DNA from: Utricularia gibba
Lineage: Eukaryota > Plantae > Magnoliophyta
NCBI GenBank assembly: GCA_002189035.1
Contig: CM007991.1
Coordinates: 434,001-498,000 of the forward strand
Direction: 5' to 3'
DNA length: 64,000 nt
This document shows positions 34,202-46,424 of this stretch, one piece after another. Each line of letters begins with the position of its first letter. Positions within the stretch are counted from its first letter, which is position 1. The notes below the pieces were generated by a model that was not told where the DNA came from, ran no database searches, and saw only the letters and a program-made list of their open reading frames with translations. The translations under genes were made by a program, and so were the position numbers.

Positions 34202-36549
34202 TTAGCCGGGAAAGGCGTCAGTCGGGTCGTGAAAGCCAATTTCTTCTACGGCCCCGACCGTCTTGAACAGTCTCCTCTTGGCGATCTCCTCCACTAGCTT
34301 TCGGTGAAGTAGCTTGCTGCGCAGATCCAGAAGCGATTTTGTCCTGGTCAGTTTCTGCTCCGAGCCTCGTCTTCTGCTATGGGCAAATGCTTCCAGATCA
34401 GGGCCCGTATTCGTGCCCATTGAGGGCTTTTGAGTGCGATGAAGTTGTTCTTGTGGACGCACTGATTGCAGATGACCTATTTCACTCGCCACACAGTCGT
34501 TACCCGCGCCGGCGTACCTGCCATAGCCAGACGACATTTCTGGATCCGCATGTACGTTGATTCGCATCTCATCTGAGAGGAAAGAAGGAACGCAAGAAGG
34601 CTTGATTAGTGAGTGGTTTATCGAAATCTTTATAATTTTATCTTTTGTATGTATGATTAGAACATCATCCACTGATTTTAGAATGTTTACAATACGATTT
34701 ATTGAGATTCAAGTTTGGAGAAGCGTACCTCGAATCCAATGTCGCAGAGACTCCACACCTTGAAAATTTTGAAATTCTCGTGGAGAGAATACACTTGCCA
34801 GGGAAGTCGGTGATGAAGAACAAGATGAGGAGGTGTAGTAAGGATGACGATGTTCGTCATTACATTCAACAGCATAATCAAAATCTTTCTCATGATGGAA
34901 TTCAGAACAGGATTCTTTCTCCAATGGTAACAATTTGGAAATTTCCTCGTGGATCATATTAGCAATCTCGATTGGCTCCCAGTCTGTGATTTCTAACTCT
35001 TTCACCATTTCAATGGCAACGTCTAATGGAGTGTCACCTGTAATGTCGAACGGGAAGTAGATGTTTCTGCTTCCACCTCCTGAATATCTCATGAATGTTA
35101 GTGATAAGGAATTTCAAATTTGTGCAGTAGAAATAAACTATCATGGTTTCAGAGAAATACCATATTCATCACTCATCTGTACTTTCAAAAAGATGGTTTG
35201 ATCTTTGGGATTCACTGACCCTGTTATACTCATTTTTGTTTTTCTTGCTGACCTCTGAGATTTTGTTCTCGGGGGATCCATTTGGCGCAACGACACTGGA
35301 AATTCTTCAATTCGCTCGATAGAAAGAAAGGGTCGTTCAAAAGTTCACGAGCTGATGGCCTACTCGAAGCTGCCTCCAAGCATCTTCCTATGAACCTCTT
35401 TGCTCCCCCGTCATCAATTTTGTGGTATGCTGCAGGTAGCTTTCCCTACACTTGAATGATATTTGATGACCTTCTGTACTTTAGTGACCATTATATTTAG
35501 ATCTTCAAATGGAGATCAGAAGAAGGCATACCATGGTTACTTTCTTGTAAATTTGAGCAGGATTGGAACATTCACTGTATGGATACTCAAGTGTCAGCAT
35601 CTCCAATATGCACATACCAAAAGAGTATATGTCGACAAGCTCATCATAGTCCTCTTCATACAATTCTGGCGCCATAAACTCTGGTGTTCCTGATGGTTGA
35701 ATCAAACATCATGCTTTTGGTGAATAAAATCCTCCCATAGAATTGATTCAAGGTATTGAGTAGTTCCCCTTTTTTTTGGAAGAACATACCTATGACACTG
35801 TGGGCATGTTTTGATCCATGGAGTATTGTTGCTAATCCAAGATCACCTATTTTGATCTGGCCAAGATGGCCATTCACAAAGATGTTGTCACACTTGAGGT
35901 CACGGTGAATCACTTGTGGATCGTGGTCATGCAGATATTCCAGCCCCTCCAGTATTTGACGTGCCCAGTTCTTGATCGTTCTTATATTCACGTTCTTATG
36001 CTTCTTCCTATACCTAAATCACTCTCTGTGATGAGCTGAAGGATTCTTGAATTTAGAATATCCAATTTTTTTTTCTGAAATTAAATGGAACTCTTACTCT
36101 CGCAGGGTGCCCGAAGTGAACATTTCAGTGATGAAGTTGAAAGTTCGGCGATCACCATCCGTCCATGAAGCAAAGAACCGTATGATAGAGCTGTGTTCCA
36201 GATCCTTGAGCAGGTGAACTTCGCCATACACTCTCCGCATCTCTTCGGATGACTTGAAGACTTCAGACAGTTTCACTTGATTCCAAGCTACTTCAATTCC
36301 TAGAAGCTCGTCAAATGCTTTGTACACAGTCTTCATTGCTCCTTTACCAAGAACCTCTTTGAACTGCAACATATGCTTCTTTATCACAGTTCATAAAGGC
36401 ATACCGTACATACTGAGATATCTATCCTTCTTGCAGGAAAAAAACAGGAAGAGAACAAAGGCACATACTCGACCATATCTTCCAGATGGATCCATTTCCA
36501 CGTACAATGGTGATCCCCCATCGGCTTCCCGTAGCCGTGTTTTCGACAT
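34202..36549 (-). CDS. WNK5: WNK (With No lysine/K) Ser/Thr kinase, WNK4/WNK5-like; one apparent -1 frameshift just after the kinase domain
   Basis: [27 protein letters not shown]|[19 protein letters not shown]...[34 protein letters not shown], autoinhibitory-like [26 protein letters not shown]-terminal [27 protein letters not shown]. Confidence 0.93.
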
Positions 36550-36666
36550 GGTTAGTCACTCACTACCTGCTAAAAATCTAAAAAGGATCCCTACTCTGTG
36601 TAGCCTGAAGATCACTAAAGTCAATAGCTGAAAAACCTTACGCAGATGAAATTATCAGGAGGGGTG

Positions 36667-36804
36667 CTAGAGGATCTGGAGCTTTCCCTCATGGTTTTCA
36701 TATGAAAACACGCGGAAAAAGAGCCAGTACGCCCTTGAGTAATCAATCCTCAGCATCATCGAAGAGGCTATACCCATCGAAAACTCCAGTCTTTGAGGTT
36801 CCAT
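36667..36804 (-). CDS. Candidate upstream ORF (45 aa) in the WNK 5' leader
   Basis: ATG 36804 to TAG 36667: MEPQRLEFSMGIASSMMLRIDYSRAYWLFFRVFSYENHEGKLQIL. Followed by a 75-nt leader intron (GTAAGG at 36641, TAGCAG at 36567) ending 17 nt before the main ATG. Confidence 0.45.
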   Translation of the reverse strand: MEPQRLEFSMGIASSMMLRIDYSRAYWLFFRVFSYENHEGKLQIL

Positions 36805-39110
36805 TTACTTTCCAGAAAACTGATTAGAATGGAGGACACAGAACTCCAAGTTGGAAGATATACAGAGAGGATGACGATGAAGCCTTTCAAGAGGTGTGAT
36901 CATGGCGTCTGAATTTGAAGAATCTATTTCGCAGCAGCATCTTATGGTCTCCTTGAGGATTGCCAAGACCACCTAAAGGGTGGGGAATGGCTTTGGTTCT
37001 TGCTGAAATCAGAATCTCCAGGAGGCGCTCTTTGCAGGAGGCGAAGGGGCTGGTTATCAAGGTTTGATCTCTTAATCCGACAAAAACTAGAAAAGTAATC
37101 AACATTAAATTTTAGATGTCACCCGCACGTTGCTTATGTTATTATCCACAGCCGACATGCGAAAGTCAAATGCCTCGTGATTCATCCAATGCGCTGAGTA
37201 GTTTCTGGAAATTGACACCAGGATAAACAAAGCTGGGTTTGACTAAACAAGTATGGACCCTTAACAGGTAATGTTCTCTGCTTGCATACAAATTAACATG
37301 TTTGCTCGACTGCATCCCCTCTCTGCTTCAGAGAACCAAGACATTGGTTCTGTTTTTATACCCCGGGCTGGTTCATTTTATTCGTAAAGTGATAGTGTTA
37401 TGCATATGATCAGGAATAATGATGCATGGGAGTTTTTTTTTTTTGCTGGAATTTTTGTTCATGGATCAAGGGAATGGCATGTAGCCGTTGTATGTGAATA
37501 CATAGCAAGAATTTCAATCCATATGGTGGGTCGTTGTTTGACTTTGGAGAGGCGTTAAGTTATAAACAATTATTGAGTGGGGACTCAATAATACGCTCTT
37601 GAAAACTTCATCAAGTGCGTCATCCTCCATGGCTGCAGGTGCGATGAATTTTGCATCTTCTCCACTTTTCGGCCTCCTTGTCTTCGAAACTTGACCTTTG
37701 GAGAAGAAGTTGAGGTGGTGGTGCTTCATTGACTTTGGGTAACCACAGAAAATCCAAATATGATTTTTTTTTCTTTTTTGCATTGAATACATCAGCTTTT
37801 TTTTTTTTTTTTTTTGTCCAGAATTCCACTATTTTCCCCTTCGCATACTGTTTTGTATAAAGGATCCATATAGAATTTGTGGTGTTCTCCGACTAGGGAA
37901 TTTCGGCCGGGAGTGTGAAGTTTCTTTTTCAAACCAGGAACCTGAAGCAACCACATTGTTGGCTCAAGGAATTTAAGGTCAGCTGATTTGGGCACTTTTG
38001 ATGTTCCGGAAAGCACATGGCATGTCGCTTCATTTGAGCGCCTTCTTCCCTTTACAAGTTCCTTTGCTTAACCCAAGTTGTGATTTAATTCTCAAGCCAG
38101 GGGGTTAGCATGGAACACTATGCTGAAGATAAGCATGGATCCAATGAATGATAATGATTCAAGGAAGTTGAATATTAGGAAGGTAAAAATATTATTTATG
38201 AATTATTAATGGATACGCTTACGAGAAAATCAATATATTTAATATAAAATCATGTAACATGGGTATCATTCAAATTTTGTAACGAGATTAGATATATTGA
38301 AATTTTTTACTTTTGAAAAATGAAAATTCATGAACTATTAATATAATATTTTGAAATTAACAATTTTCAAAATAAAAAGTGATAAATTTGGTAATTTCGT
38401 GTGACTTTTATAACAGTCTCATTTGCATTAATTACAGGACATGGGTACATAACATGTCTGACGGATCATTCGTGTATTGTGTATGGTATGCGTCGGACTG
38501 GATGCCACTTCACCATTCCGGAGTATGTTGTGAACAAAGGTGGACAACAGAATAGTCAAAGCGTTTGATTGTGGTCGTCTTGCTGCTTCCAATCCCCTTC
38601 TTTTGTTTTTGTCTGGAACTGACGCGTACGCCAGAAATGCGCCAACCAGGGCCTGTGCTGCACACTGCTGTGGTATTCTTATTGCAGCAAGGAATAGTCA
38701 CGGGATATTTCTCTTTCTTTGATCCACTCAACTCCTGGTCTTCCCTTCCGCGACGGCGGTGATGATTAAATAGATAACGCGCTTTCCTTCTCTCCTTGAT
38801 GCGTTGGGTTGTTGTTTTCTGGAGTTGGGTCATTATTCGTTTCCCTTCCGGGTGTGCCATGAATGAGTTCAAGGCTGCGTCTTTGGTGCCCATGTGCTGA
38901 TAATCTTCTCATGTTCTGGATATCCTGTTCTGGGCTTGTGTGATACGCAGAAGAGATTTACTCGCTTCCTAGCTTGCTTTTCCTTTTAATTATATGCTTT
39001 CTCTTGATTTTCCTACCATCTCTTCGTTGATACTGATACATTTGGGGTTTAGGGCTCTTCCTGTCGTTGTTCTTTTTGTTGTTTCATTGTTTCTTCGCAG
39101 ATAGCCATCT

Positions 39111-41741
39111 ATGAGGAAGATTAGTGGGCTTGGAGTCTTCTTAGATGCTGCTTTTCTGTTTCTTGTTCTCGTGTGTGATGTTGTCTCCTCAGTTAACTAC
39201 GTGCCGACTGATGAGATATTCTTGAACTGCGGAGACCCCTCCCCTGTTTCAACTGACCCCGATGGTCACAATTGGACATCAGATATTGGTTCCAGATTCT
39301 TATTGTCTACCACTACATCCTTCACTGCCTCAGCGGCTGTGCAATTGCCTTCTGTTCCTCAGGTGCCGTTTTTGTCCGCCCGGATCTTCCAATCTCGGTT
39401 CACTTATTCTTTCCCTGTTTCCTCCGGCCGAAAGTTTATTCGATTATACTTCTACCCTGCATCATACCGTGGCCTAAATGCTTCTAATGCTTTCTTCTCT
39501 GTGACCTCTGGACCATACACACTTTTGAATAACTTTAGTGCTCTTCTTACGACTGAGGCTCTGAATTATGACTATGTTGTGAAAGAGTACTCTGTTAATG
39601 TTCATTCAGGGTCGCTAGATGTTACCTTTACCCCATCCCCAGATGCATCCAATGCATATGCATTTGTTAATGGGATACAAGTTGTTTCACATCCTGATAT
39701 TTATAGTTCAGATGGGATGATCAATGTCATCAGCCAAGCTACTGGATACGTTATTGAAAACAGCACTGCATTGGAGAACGTGTATCGTCTGAATGTTGGT
39801 GGAAACTCCATTTCTCCACCTGGTGACACGGGCATGTTCAGATCATGGAGTGATGACTCAAATTACATATTGGGTGCAGCTTATGGGGTCATCCAATCTC
39901 TTGATCCAAACGCTACGGTTGCTTTTCCTGAGAGATCTCCTAGCTATCTTGCACCAGTGAACGTGTATGCTACTATGAGATCGATGGGCCCAAATGCATC
40001 TGTCAATGTGAACTACAACCTCACTTGGGTGTTTGATGTTGATGCGGGGTTTGCATACCTCTTTAGGCTTCATTTTTATGAAGTGGATGATGCAATCACC
40101 AGGATAAACCAGAGGGTTTTTTCCATATTCTTGAACAACCAAACGGCACAACAAGATGCAGATGTCATTGCCTGGGGGAATGGGAATAAGGTAGCCGTTC
40201 ACAGAGATTACATTGTTTTCGTTCCTAATGGATCTCCCAGGCAGCAGTTGTGGCTTGCCTTGCATCCAAACACTATCAGTAGGTCTCAGTACTATGATGC
40301 TATCTTGAATGGATTGGAGATCTTCAAGATTAATAGTAGCTCTGGGAACCTTGCTGGTCCGAATCCGAATCCACTCCCTCGGCCACCTGGAGAATCGCCC
40401 CGCAACCAGCTTCCAGGATCTAGAAACAATCATATTGCAGTTATTGGTGGAGGAATAGGAGGTGGGGTTGCTGCCATTGTTGTCCTTGGCTCACTTGTCT
40501 TCTTTATCTATAAGCGCATGAGATCGAAAAGGGACTCCACCAGTAGTGATGGATGGCTTCCATTGTCTATGTACGGGACTTCACATTCTTCAGGAACAGT
40601 TAAGACAACAACTGCTACGAGAAGCTCTGCATCTTCTTCCCAACGGTCGAATTTTTGTCGTCGCTTCTCGTTTACAGACATTAAAACAGCTACCAATGAC
40701 TTTGATGAAGCTCTTCTTTTGGGAGTTGGTGGCTTTGGGAAAGTGTACCGTGGAGAGATTGACAGTGGCACAAAAGTTGCCGTCAAGCGCGGAAACCCCT
40801 TGTCCGAACAGGGTGTCCATGAATTCCAAACCGAGATCGAGCTGCTGTCGAAGCTCCGGCACCTTCACCTGGTTTCCCTGATAGGCTATTGCGATGAGAA
40901 CTGTGAGATGATCCTCGTTTATGATTTCATGGCTAATGGCACACTCCGTGATCACTTGTACAAGACAAAGAGGCCTCCGTTATCATGGAGGCAGAGGCTT
41001 GAGATTTGCATTGGTGCTGCTCGAGGTTTGCACTATCTACACACTGGTGCGAAGCACACGATAATCCACAGAGATGTCAAGACGACCAACATTCTGCTGG
41101 ATGAGAAATGGGTGGCCAAGGTCTCCGATTTTGGTCTCTCTAAGACCGGCCCATCATTGGATAACACACATGTCACCACTGTGGTGAAGGGAAGCTTCGG
41201 TTATCTGGATCCTGAGTACTTCAGACTGCAGCAGCTGACTGAGAAATCCGACGTCTACTCATTTGGGGTTGTTCTCTTCGAGGTTTTATGTGGCAGGCCG
41301 GCGTTAAACAGCTCCCTACCAAAGGAACAGGTCAGCTTGGCTGAGTGGGCGGTGCATTGCTATAGAAAGGGCACTCTTGATCAAACAATTGATCCCTATC
41401 TCAAGGGGAAAATCTCGTCGGAGTGCCTGAAGAAGTACACTGAGACGGCAGTCAAGTGTCTCTCTGAAGTTGGGACCCAGCGGCCTCCCATGGGGGACGT
41501 CTTGTGGCACCTGGAGTTCGCTTTGCAACTCCAGGAGAGTGGAGAGGAAAGTACGGTGATCCCTGTTGATGCTTCTTCCCTAGGGAAGAAGGGTACTGAT
41601 GCATCAGCACCAGATGCCGGTGGCACGATTACCGAGTCCAAAAGCACGAGCACCGGTGGCTTCAGCGCCGTCAGTGTTGATTCCGATGGCCTTACCCCGA
41701 GCGCCGTGTTTTCTCAGATAATGAATCCTCAAGGGAGGTAA
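39111..41741 (+). CDS. FER: FERONIA, CrRLK1L malectin-like receptor kinase, intronless CDS
   Basis: 876-aa ORF with tandem malectin-like domains, TM, CRRFSF..IKTATNDFDE..LLGVGGFGKVYRGEID, HRDVKTTNILL, DFG, and C-terminal GLTPSAVFSQIMNPQGR typical of FER. Strong leader-intron acceptor TTCTTCGCAG at 39100. Confidence 0.96.
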   Translation: MRKISGLGVFLDAAFLFLVLVCDVVSSVNYVPTDEIFLNCGDPSPVSTDPDGHNWTSDIGSRFLLSTTTSFTASAAVQLPSVPQVPFLSARIFQSRFTYSFPVSSGRKFIRLYFYPASYRGLNASNAFFSVTSGPYTLLNNFSALLTTEALNYDYVVKEYSVNVHSGSLDVTFTPSPDASNAYAFVNGIQVVSHPDIYSSDGMINVISQATGYVIENSTALENVYRLNVGGNSISPPGDTGMFRSWSDDSNYILGAAYGVIQSLDPNATVAFPERSPSYLAPVNVYATMRSMGPNASVNVNYNLTWVFDVDAGFAYLFRLHFYEVDDAITRINQRVFSIFLNNQTAQQDADVIAWGNGNKVAVHRDYIVFVPNGSPRQQLWLALHPNTISRSQYYDAILNGLEIFKINSSSGNLAGPNPNPLPRPPGESPRNQLPGSRNNHIAVIGGGIGGGVAAIVVLGSLVFFIYKRMRSKRDSTSSDGWLPLSMYGTSHSSGTVKTTTATRSSASSSQRSNFCRRFSFTDIKTATNDFDEALLLGVGGFGKVYRGEIDSGTKVAVKRGNPLSEQGVHEFQTEIELLSKLRHLHLVSLIGYCDENCEMILVYDFMANGTLRDHLYKTKRPPLSWRQRLEICIGAARGLHYLHTGAKHTIIHRDVKTTNILLDEKWVAKVSDFGLSKTGPSLDNTHVTTVVKGSFGYLDPEYFRLQQLTEKSDVYSFGVVLFEVLCGRPALNSSLPKEQVSLAEWAVHCYRKGTLDQTIDPYLKGKISSECLKKYTETAVKCLSEVGTQRPPMGDVLWHLEFALQLQESGEESTVIPVDASSLGKKGTDASAPDAGGTITESKSTSTGGFSAVSVDSDGLTPSAVFSQIMNPQGR

Positions 41742-41986
41742 GTAGATTGATGGGCATTGTAATGTCTCCCTGTTCTATTCTATACGGGTAGATTAGTTTG
41801 TGTCTCACACTTTGAATGTATGTTTGATCGATCTTGTGCGTTTTGTAGCTGTAAACTGCGTTTGTGGTAGTTCAAAACCAATTGTTGTATGAACAAACAT
41901 TTTCATTGATGCATCTGTATCAAAAACATAAGGACATCAGATCTATGTATGAATAAATAAACACGATCTGGGCATCATCTTCAACG

Positions 41987-43640
41987 TCAGGTATCTTTGT
42001 TACCGGAAACCTCACTGGGCAGCAGAGAAACGCAGCTCCGAGAGCGTGGAATTGGAGAGAGCGGGGGTGACAATGAACAAGCTCGGGACACTGGACGGAC
42101 CTCCGTCACCTCCTCGATTCCTTCGTCCAAGTAAACAACATCTTGCATAGTGAGCTGGTGGTATTCCACGATCTCCCTCAAGAATCGATTCTCTCGTGCA
42201 TAAACCGAGTTCTCGTTTGCTAGTCGAGCCTTCTCCGCCAGAAGAGTCTCCAGTTGTAGCCGTATCTGGCTCACATCATTCAGTCATTAAACAACTACTA
42301 GATAGATAGATGCTCCAAACATATGGTCTAGCAACCCTTCCCACAAAACCCCACATTCTGTCATGCCCCAAATCATACATGGCGACTCAAGTGCATGAAA
42401 TGCTGCCCACCTAAGGTTTCTCGGTTTCCATCAGAGCTAAGATAAACTAGCTGCGCAAGGGAAGAATGATTAAAAAGATACCATGTCATCATCAGCAGGA
42501 TTGACTCCTTTTTCACGAGCATCTCTGAGGATTTTGTTCTCTTCTTCAAGCTGTGAGCATCGTTCCTTGGCGAAAGCAAGATCTGCTTTGACTGTCTTCA
42601 ACTCCCGAAGCAATAGTTTCACCTTAGCTGCTGTTGCCATCGCCACCTGCAAGTGGTGGCATGATGGAAAAAGTTGAGTACACCACCCGCATCCACAGCA
42701 CCACTCACACAGAAAATATCCTAGAATTGTATTAAGAATGAGATAAAAAATCAATATCCATAGTAATGATCAAGGCAGATTCATGGTTGTTGCTAGTTAG
42801 TAGATCAACAAACTTTCAGTTGCGGAGATTTAACAAGCATAGAGTAGCAACCTTACGTCGCGAGATGCCTTGAGCATATCTTCTTGGCTGGTTTGATTAT
42901 GCGGTTGCATTAATTTCCTTCCCCCTTGATTCTCAGTGATCATTCCATTTCTTCCTCCTATTTGTAGCTGATGTATTTCTTGTTTACAGTCTGCCACTTT
43001 GTTATCAGCATTGATGCGCCGCTCCTGAAAGTGTATTCATATGCATTTAAAATGAAAGAAACTGATGCTTCCTTCTTCTATCAGCGTATTACCTCCACTG
43101 TGTTAACAATGCGGTTTGTAGAAGATGGCAATACATCGAACTCATCGCGAATAGCAGAATTGTCCATTCTCTTAGAAGTTTCTTTCTGCCAATAATTCAA
43201 CATTTTACACCAACGGACAACAATTGTTCGAAGTATCGCAACAGCAAGAACAATCGAACCTGTTGAGTCCTTGGTTGTGGCCATTCTTCAAACAGATGTG
43301 GAGCGCTGTCTTCCTCAAGAATCGCTTTCGCTTTTCTAGCCAGAGCATCCCAGAACCCCCCGACTCCATTTGAACCATCCATCGATGTGTAATCATAACT
43401 AGTTCCTCCTCCTCCACCCTAAAAAAAATCAATTAGCAATCACCGAGAATTCGAACGACGCATTCCATTTCAAGCAAGTGCTCGCCAGTAATACCAAACG
43501 CAATGCGAAACGGAAACCTTGGAATTCGAAGAATCACGATGAGCGAAAGAAGAGGAGGTTTTTATCCCGTACGAGTGTGGCTCCTTCTCCTCCTTAAAAG
43601 TGGACGATCTTGCCATCCCCTGCCTCCTCCTGTAAGCCAT
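41987..43640 (-). CDS. Conserved uncharacterised plant coiled-coil protein (At5g01970/At1g30050/At2g30530 family), 6 exons
   Basis: [39 protein letters not shown]|[94 protein letters not shown]; exons splice in frame. Confidence 0.88.
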
Positions 43641-44120
43641 GCTTCGTCTCCCCCTATCCGCCTCGTCCTTGTGATCAACAGGAAACACCGCCGCCGTCAC
43701 CCCCGCCCGCACCGTGGGGAAAAGCGCCGGTAATCGCAAGGATTTCCTTCGAGACAGGGAACTGAATTGAATCGGAATCTCTCGACCATGCAGCTAATAA
43801 CTAACTCCCACATTGCACGGAGCTTTAAAACTTGTCAACTTTTAAATAATATTTTTATTTAATTCTTGAATAATAATAAAATATAATCCCATTTTCCAAA
43901 TAATTTTTACTTCAAAAACCATTAACTTTATTTTCACCATTTTTGTTAATAAATTTATTTTTTATATTAATATTTTGTTAAAAAAATTAACTTTATTAAA
44001 ATGCATAAATCGAATAATTACAAGAAAACACCACGTGTACGGGAACGGGTGTGCCGCACACCCAAAGTTGCATTAAATAAGAAACTCAAATCCGTGAGCG
44101 ATCAAGGAGCCTGATCTGAA

Positions 44121-44744
44121 CTATAAACTGTTCCGGTAGCGGCATTGCTGCTCGGAAAGAGTTCGATTCCCGATGAAGACCTGGAAATCGCAGGTGGAAG
44201 TGGTGACCACATGAATTACGAACACAATCCTAACCTTTCCCCTCAACCGGAGGTACGTTTCCATCGGTACCACGCCGCTGAGAAGATCGGAGTACAAACC
44301 CGAATCGGAAATCAACCGGTCCGCCATCAACGTCAGCGTCAGATTCATGGATTCCGTGCCTCGGGCGCCGATTCTTCCGGCAGGGACCGGTACGAATCCG
44401 ACTTCTTTTCCCTTGTACCGGAGGAGGGCGGTGCTGTCGTAATAACTGAACCCTACGCGATTTGGATTGTAGACGGAGATCGCGGTGGCGATCGAGAGGT
44501 TCAAGTTGAAACTAGGACGGGTTAGATCCAAGCCAAAATTGAGGTTTCGGAGGGCGACAGAGTCTACAGTGGTGACAGGGCGGCGCGCCTTGAATACAGT
44601 TAGGGCTAGAATGAGTATCAGAAGGGCAACCGCGACAACGACGATGATCGACCAGAAGCAGATCCAACGGCACTGCGGCTTCCGGCGATGGCCGCCAATG
44701 GCTCGATTTTGCTCAACCTCGAGCTTCTTGAACTCGGTCTCCAT
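44121..44744 (-). CDS. LEA_2 / NDR1-HIN1-like (NHL) membrane protein, intronless
   Basis: ATG 44744; Cys/hydrophobic TM (CRWICFWSIIVVVAVALLILILALTVF), then VYNPNRVGFSYYDS...LRYKG...VPAGRIGAR typical of LEA_2. Confidence 0.88.
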   Translation of the reverse strand: METEFKKLEVEQNRAIGGHRRKPQCRWICFWSIIVVVAVALLILILALTVFKARRPVTTVDSVALRNLNFGLDLTRPSFNLNLSIATAISVYNPNRVGFSYYDSTALLRYKGKEVGFVPVPAGRIGARGTESMNLTLTLMADRLISDSGLYSDLLSGVVPMETYLRLRGKVRIVFVIHVVTTSTCDFQVFIGNRTLSEQQCRYRNSL

Positions 44745-46424
44745 CGGAGAAACGCTGTGTGGAGGATGAAGTGGTGAGTATTTAAGGCGACCCGCAGCGC
44801 AACGTTTATCGGCCCAACTCCCACCAAACAAAGGAGAAGTTAAGGGTTATTGTTTGACTATTTGCCCCTTCACTAAATGCGACCGTAACCTGGTGTACTA
44901 CGTTTACTTGTTCAATTTTTTTTTATTCTAATAGATTCCAGAAATAGAAATTAATTATTTTTTGATATTATTTTTAATTTATAGCTTCGTAATTCTCAGT
45001 TGTTCTAATTCTATTATTTTTTTCAAAGCATTTAATGAATTTAGCGCGTAATCGTACCAATTTAAACCATTAATAGTGCATATAATTACGATCTAAATAT
45101 ATTAGAATTTTTTTAAAATATAGAAATAGATAAATACGATAGATATGTTTAATTGAAACATTATTAATAAGATGTGAACTATTTTATTCACATAAAAATA
45201 TTTATGAATTTTTTATATAAACTAACAAAATTAACAAATTGAGAGTAAAAATATTAAATAAGGAAATATGTAAATTCTGATTAAAATCTAGGAACATTTT
45301 AAATATTTTAATATATCACATTCATATTTATTAATAGTTCATTTTTCTTACACATTTAATCAATGGGGTATATCTTTCTAATAAACACCATCATTTATTT
45401 ATAGAATCATTAATTCCATTAATTTCAATTTTTGGAAAATAATTACTTGAAATCATTGAACAATGGGGTGATTTTCATTTTCATTGTTAATGTGCAAGAA
45501 AGAAAGTAAGGATGATCGTATTTTTGGTTGTACACTTCTTAGCATGTGATTGGAGTGAATTTGTAAAAGTTAGGAACCATAAGGTAGGGGGAGGGGGACC
45601 CAACTCCAATAATCACTTGGTAATTGAGTGAATAGGTCTACTTTCTAAAAGCCAGAGGTAATTTTGAAGAGTAGATCACATTCAAATGGACAACAAAATT
45701 CTAATCATTTTTTCAGTTGTAATAAATTTTATTTTTAATATTGACAACCATGACAAAGAAGAATGAATCTTTAATAGATGCTATTTCATTTTTATAAATA
45801 AAAATAATAATATCTTTTTGATTTTCCAAGTGTACTAAAAAAATATATTGTACATCCAAATGAAAAGAATTCAATAATTATTTTATGGGCTGGTTTTGTC
45901 AAGACATTTTAATTTGCTTCATATTAAATTTGAGTATTATTAATTCAAATAAAAATAAATTATTTTAAAAAATATGAATATGATTATTAGAGACAATTAT
46001 CTAAAATTATTTATATTATATATATTTTTATAATTAAATTTTATAAAATATTGTTATAAATAGATAATGCTATGTATAATATTATTAAAATTCTCATATT
46101 TCAAATTTTTTTAAAAAATTGTACCTTCAAAATTGTGAATCTTTTTGATGAAATGTTGAAGATAAACAATATATTTGTTGATAAAAAGGGAATAAAGTTG
46201 ATAATTAAATATTACTGTGCTTTTATATAAAAAAAAGTTAAATATGTTTGATATATATTTTTTTAATCATAAATTAAAGAGTAAATAAAAATATTTTAAT
46301 ATTTAATTTATAATAATAAAGATAAAGTTACGTCATATAAAAAATTAATGTGTTATTTAAAATAAATTAATTTTTCACATTTCGGTTTGATGTTGCTAAA
46401 GAAAAAGGGCTCGGGCGGCTGGGA

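Noticed and set aside
36500-36549. Suspected frameshift between the WNK start and YVEMDP
   Set aside because: Recount shows five Cs at 36515-36519, so [21 protein letters not shown] is in frame.
37514-37792. ORF-track ORFs between WNK and FER, and a 10-bp hairpin ATTATTGAGT-GGGG-ACTCAATAAT (37569-37592)
   Set aside because: No recognisable domain; a single short palindrome is expected by chance in 64 kb.
38759-38900. GTGATGA...CTGA box C/D snoRNA-like pair
   Set aside because: About 140 nt apart, no terminal stem and no recognisable rRNA guide sequence.
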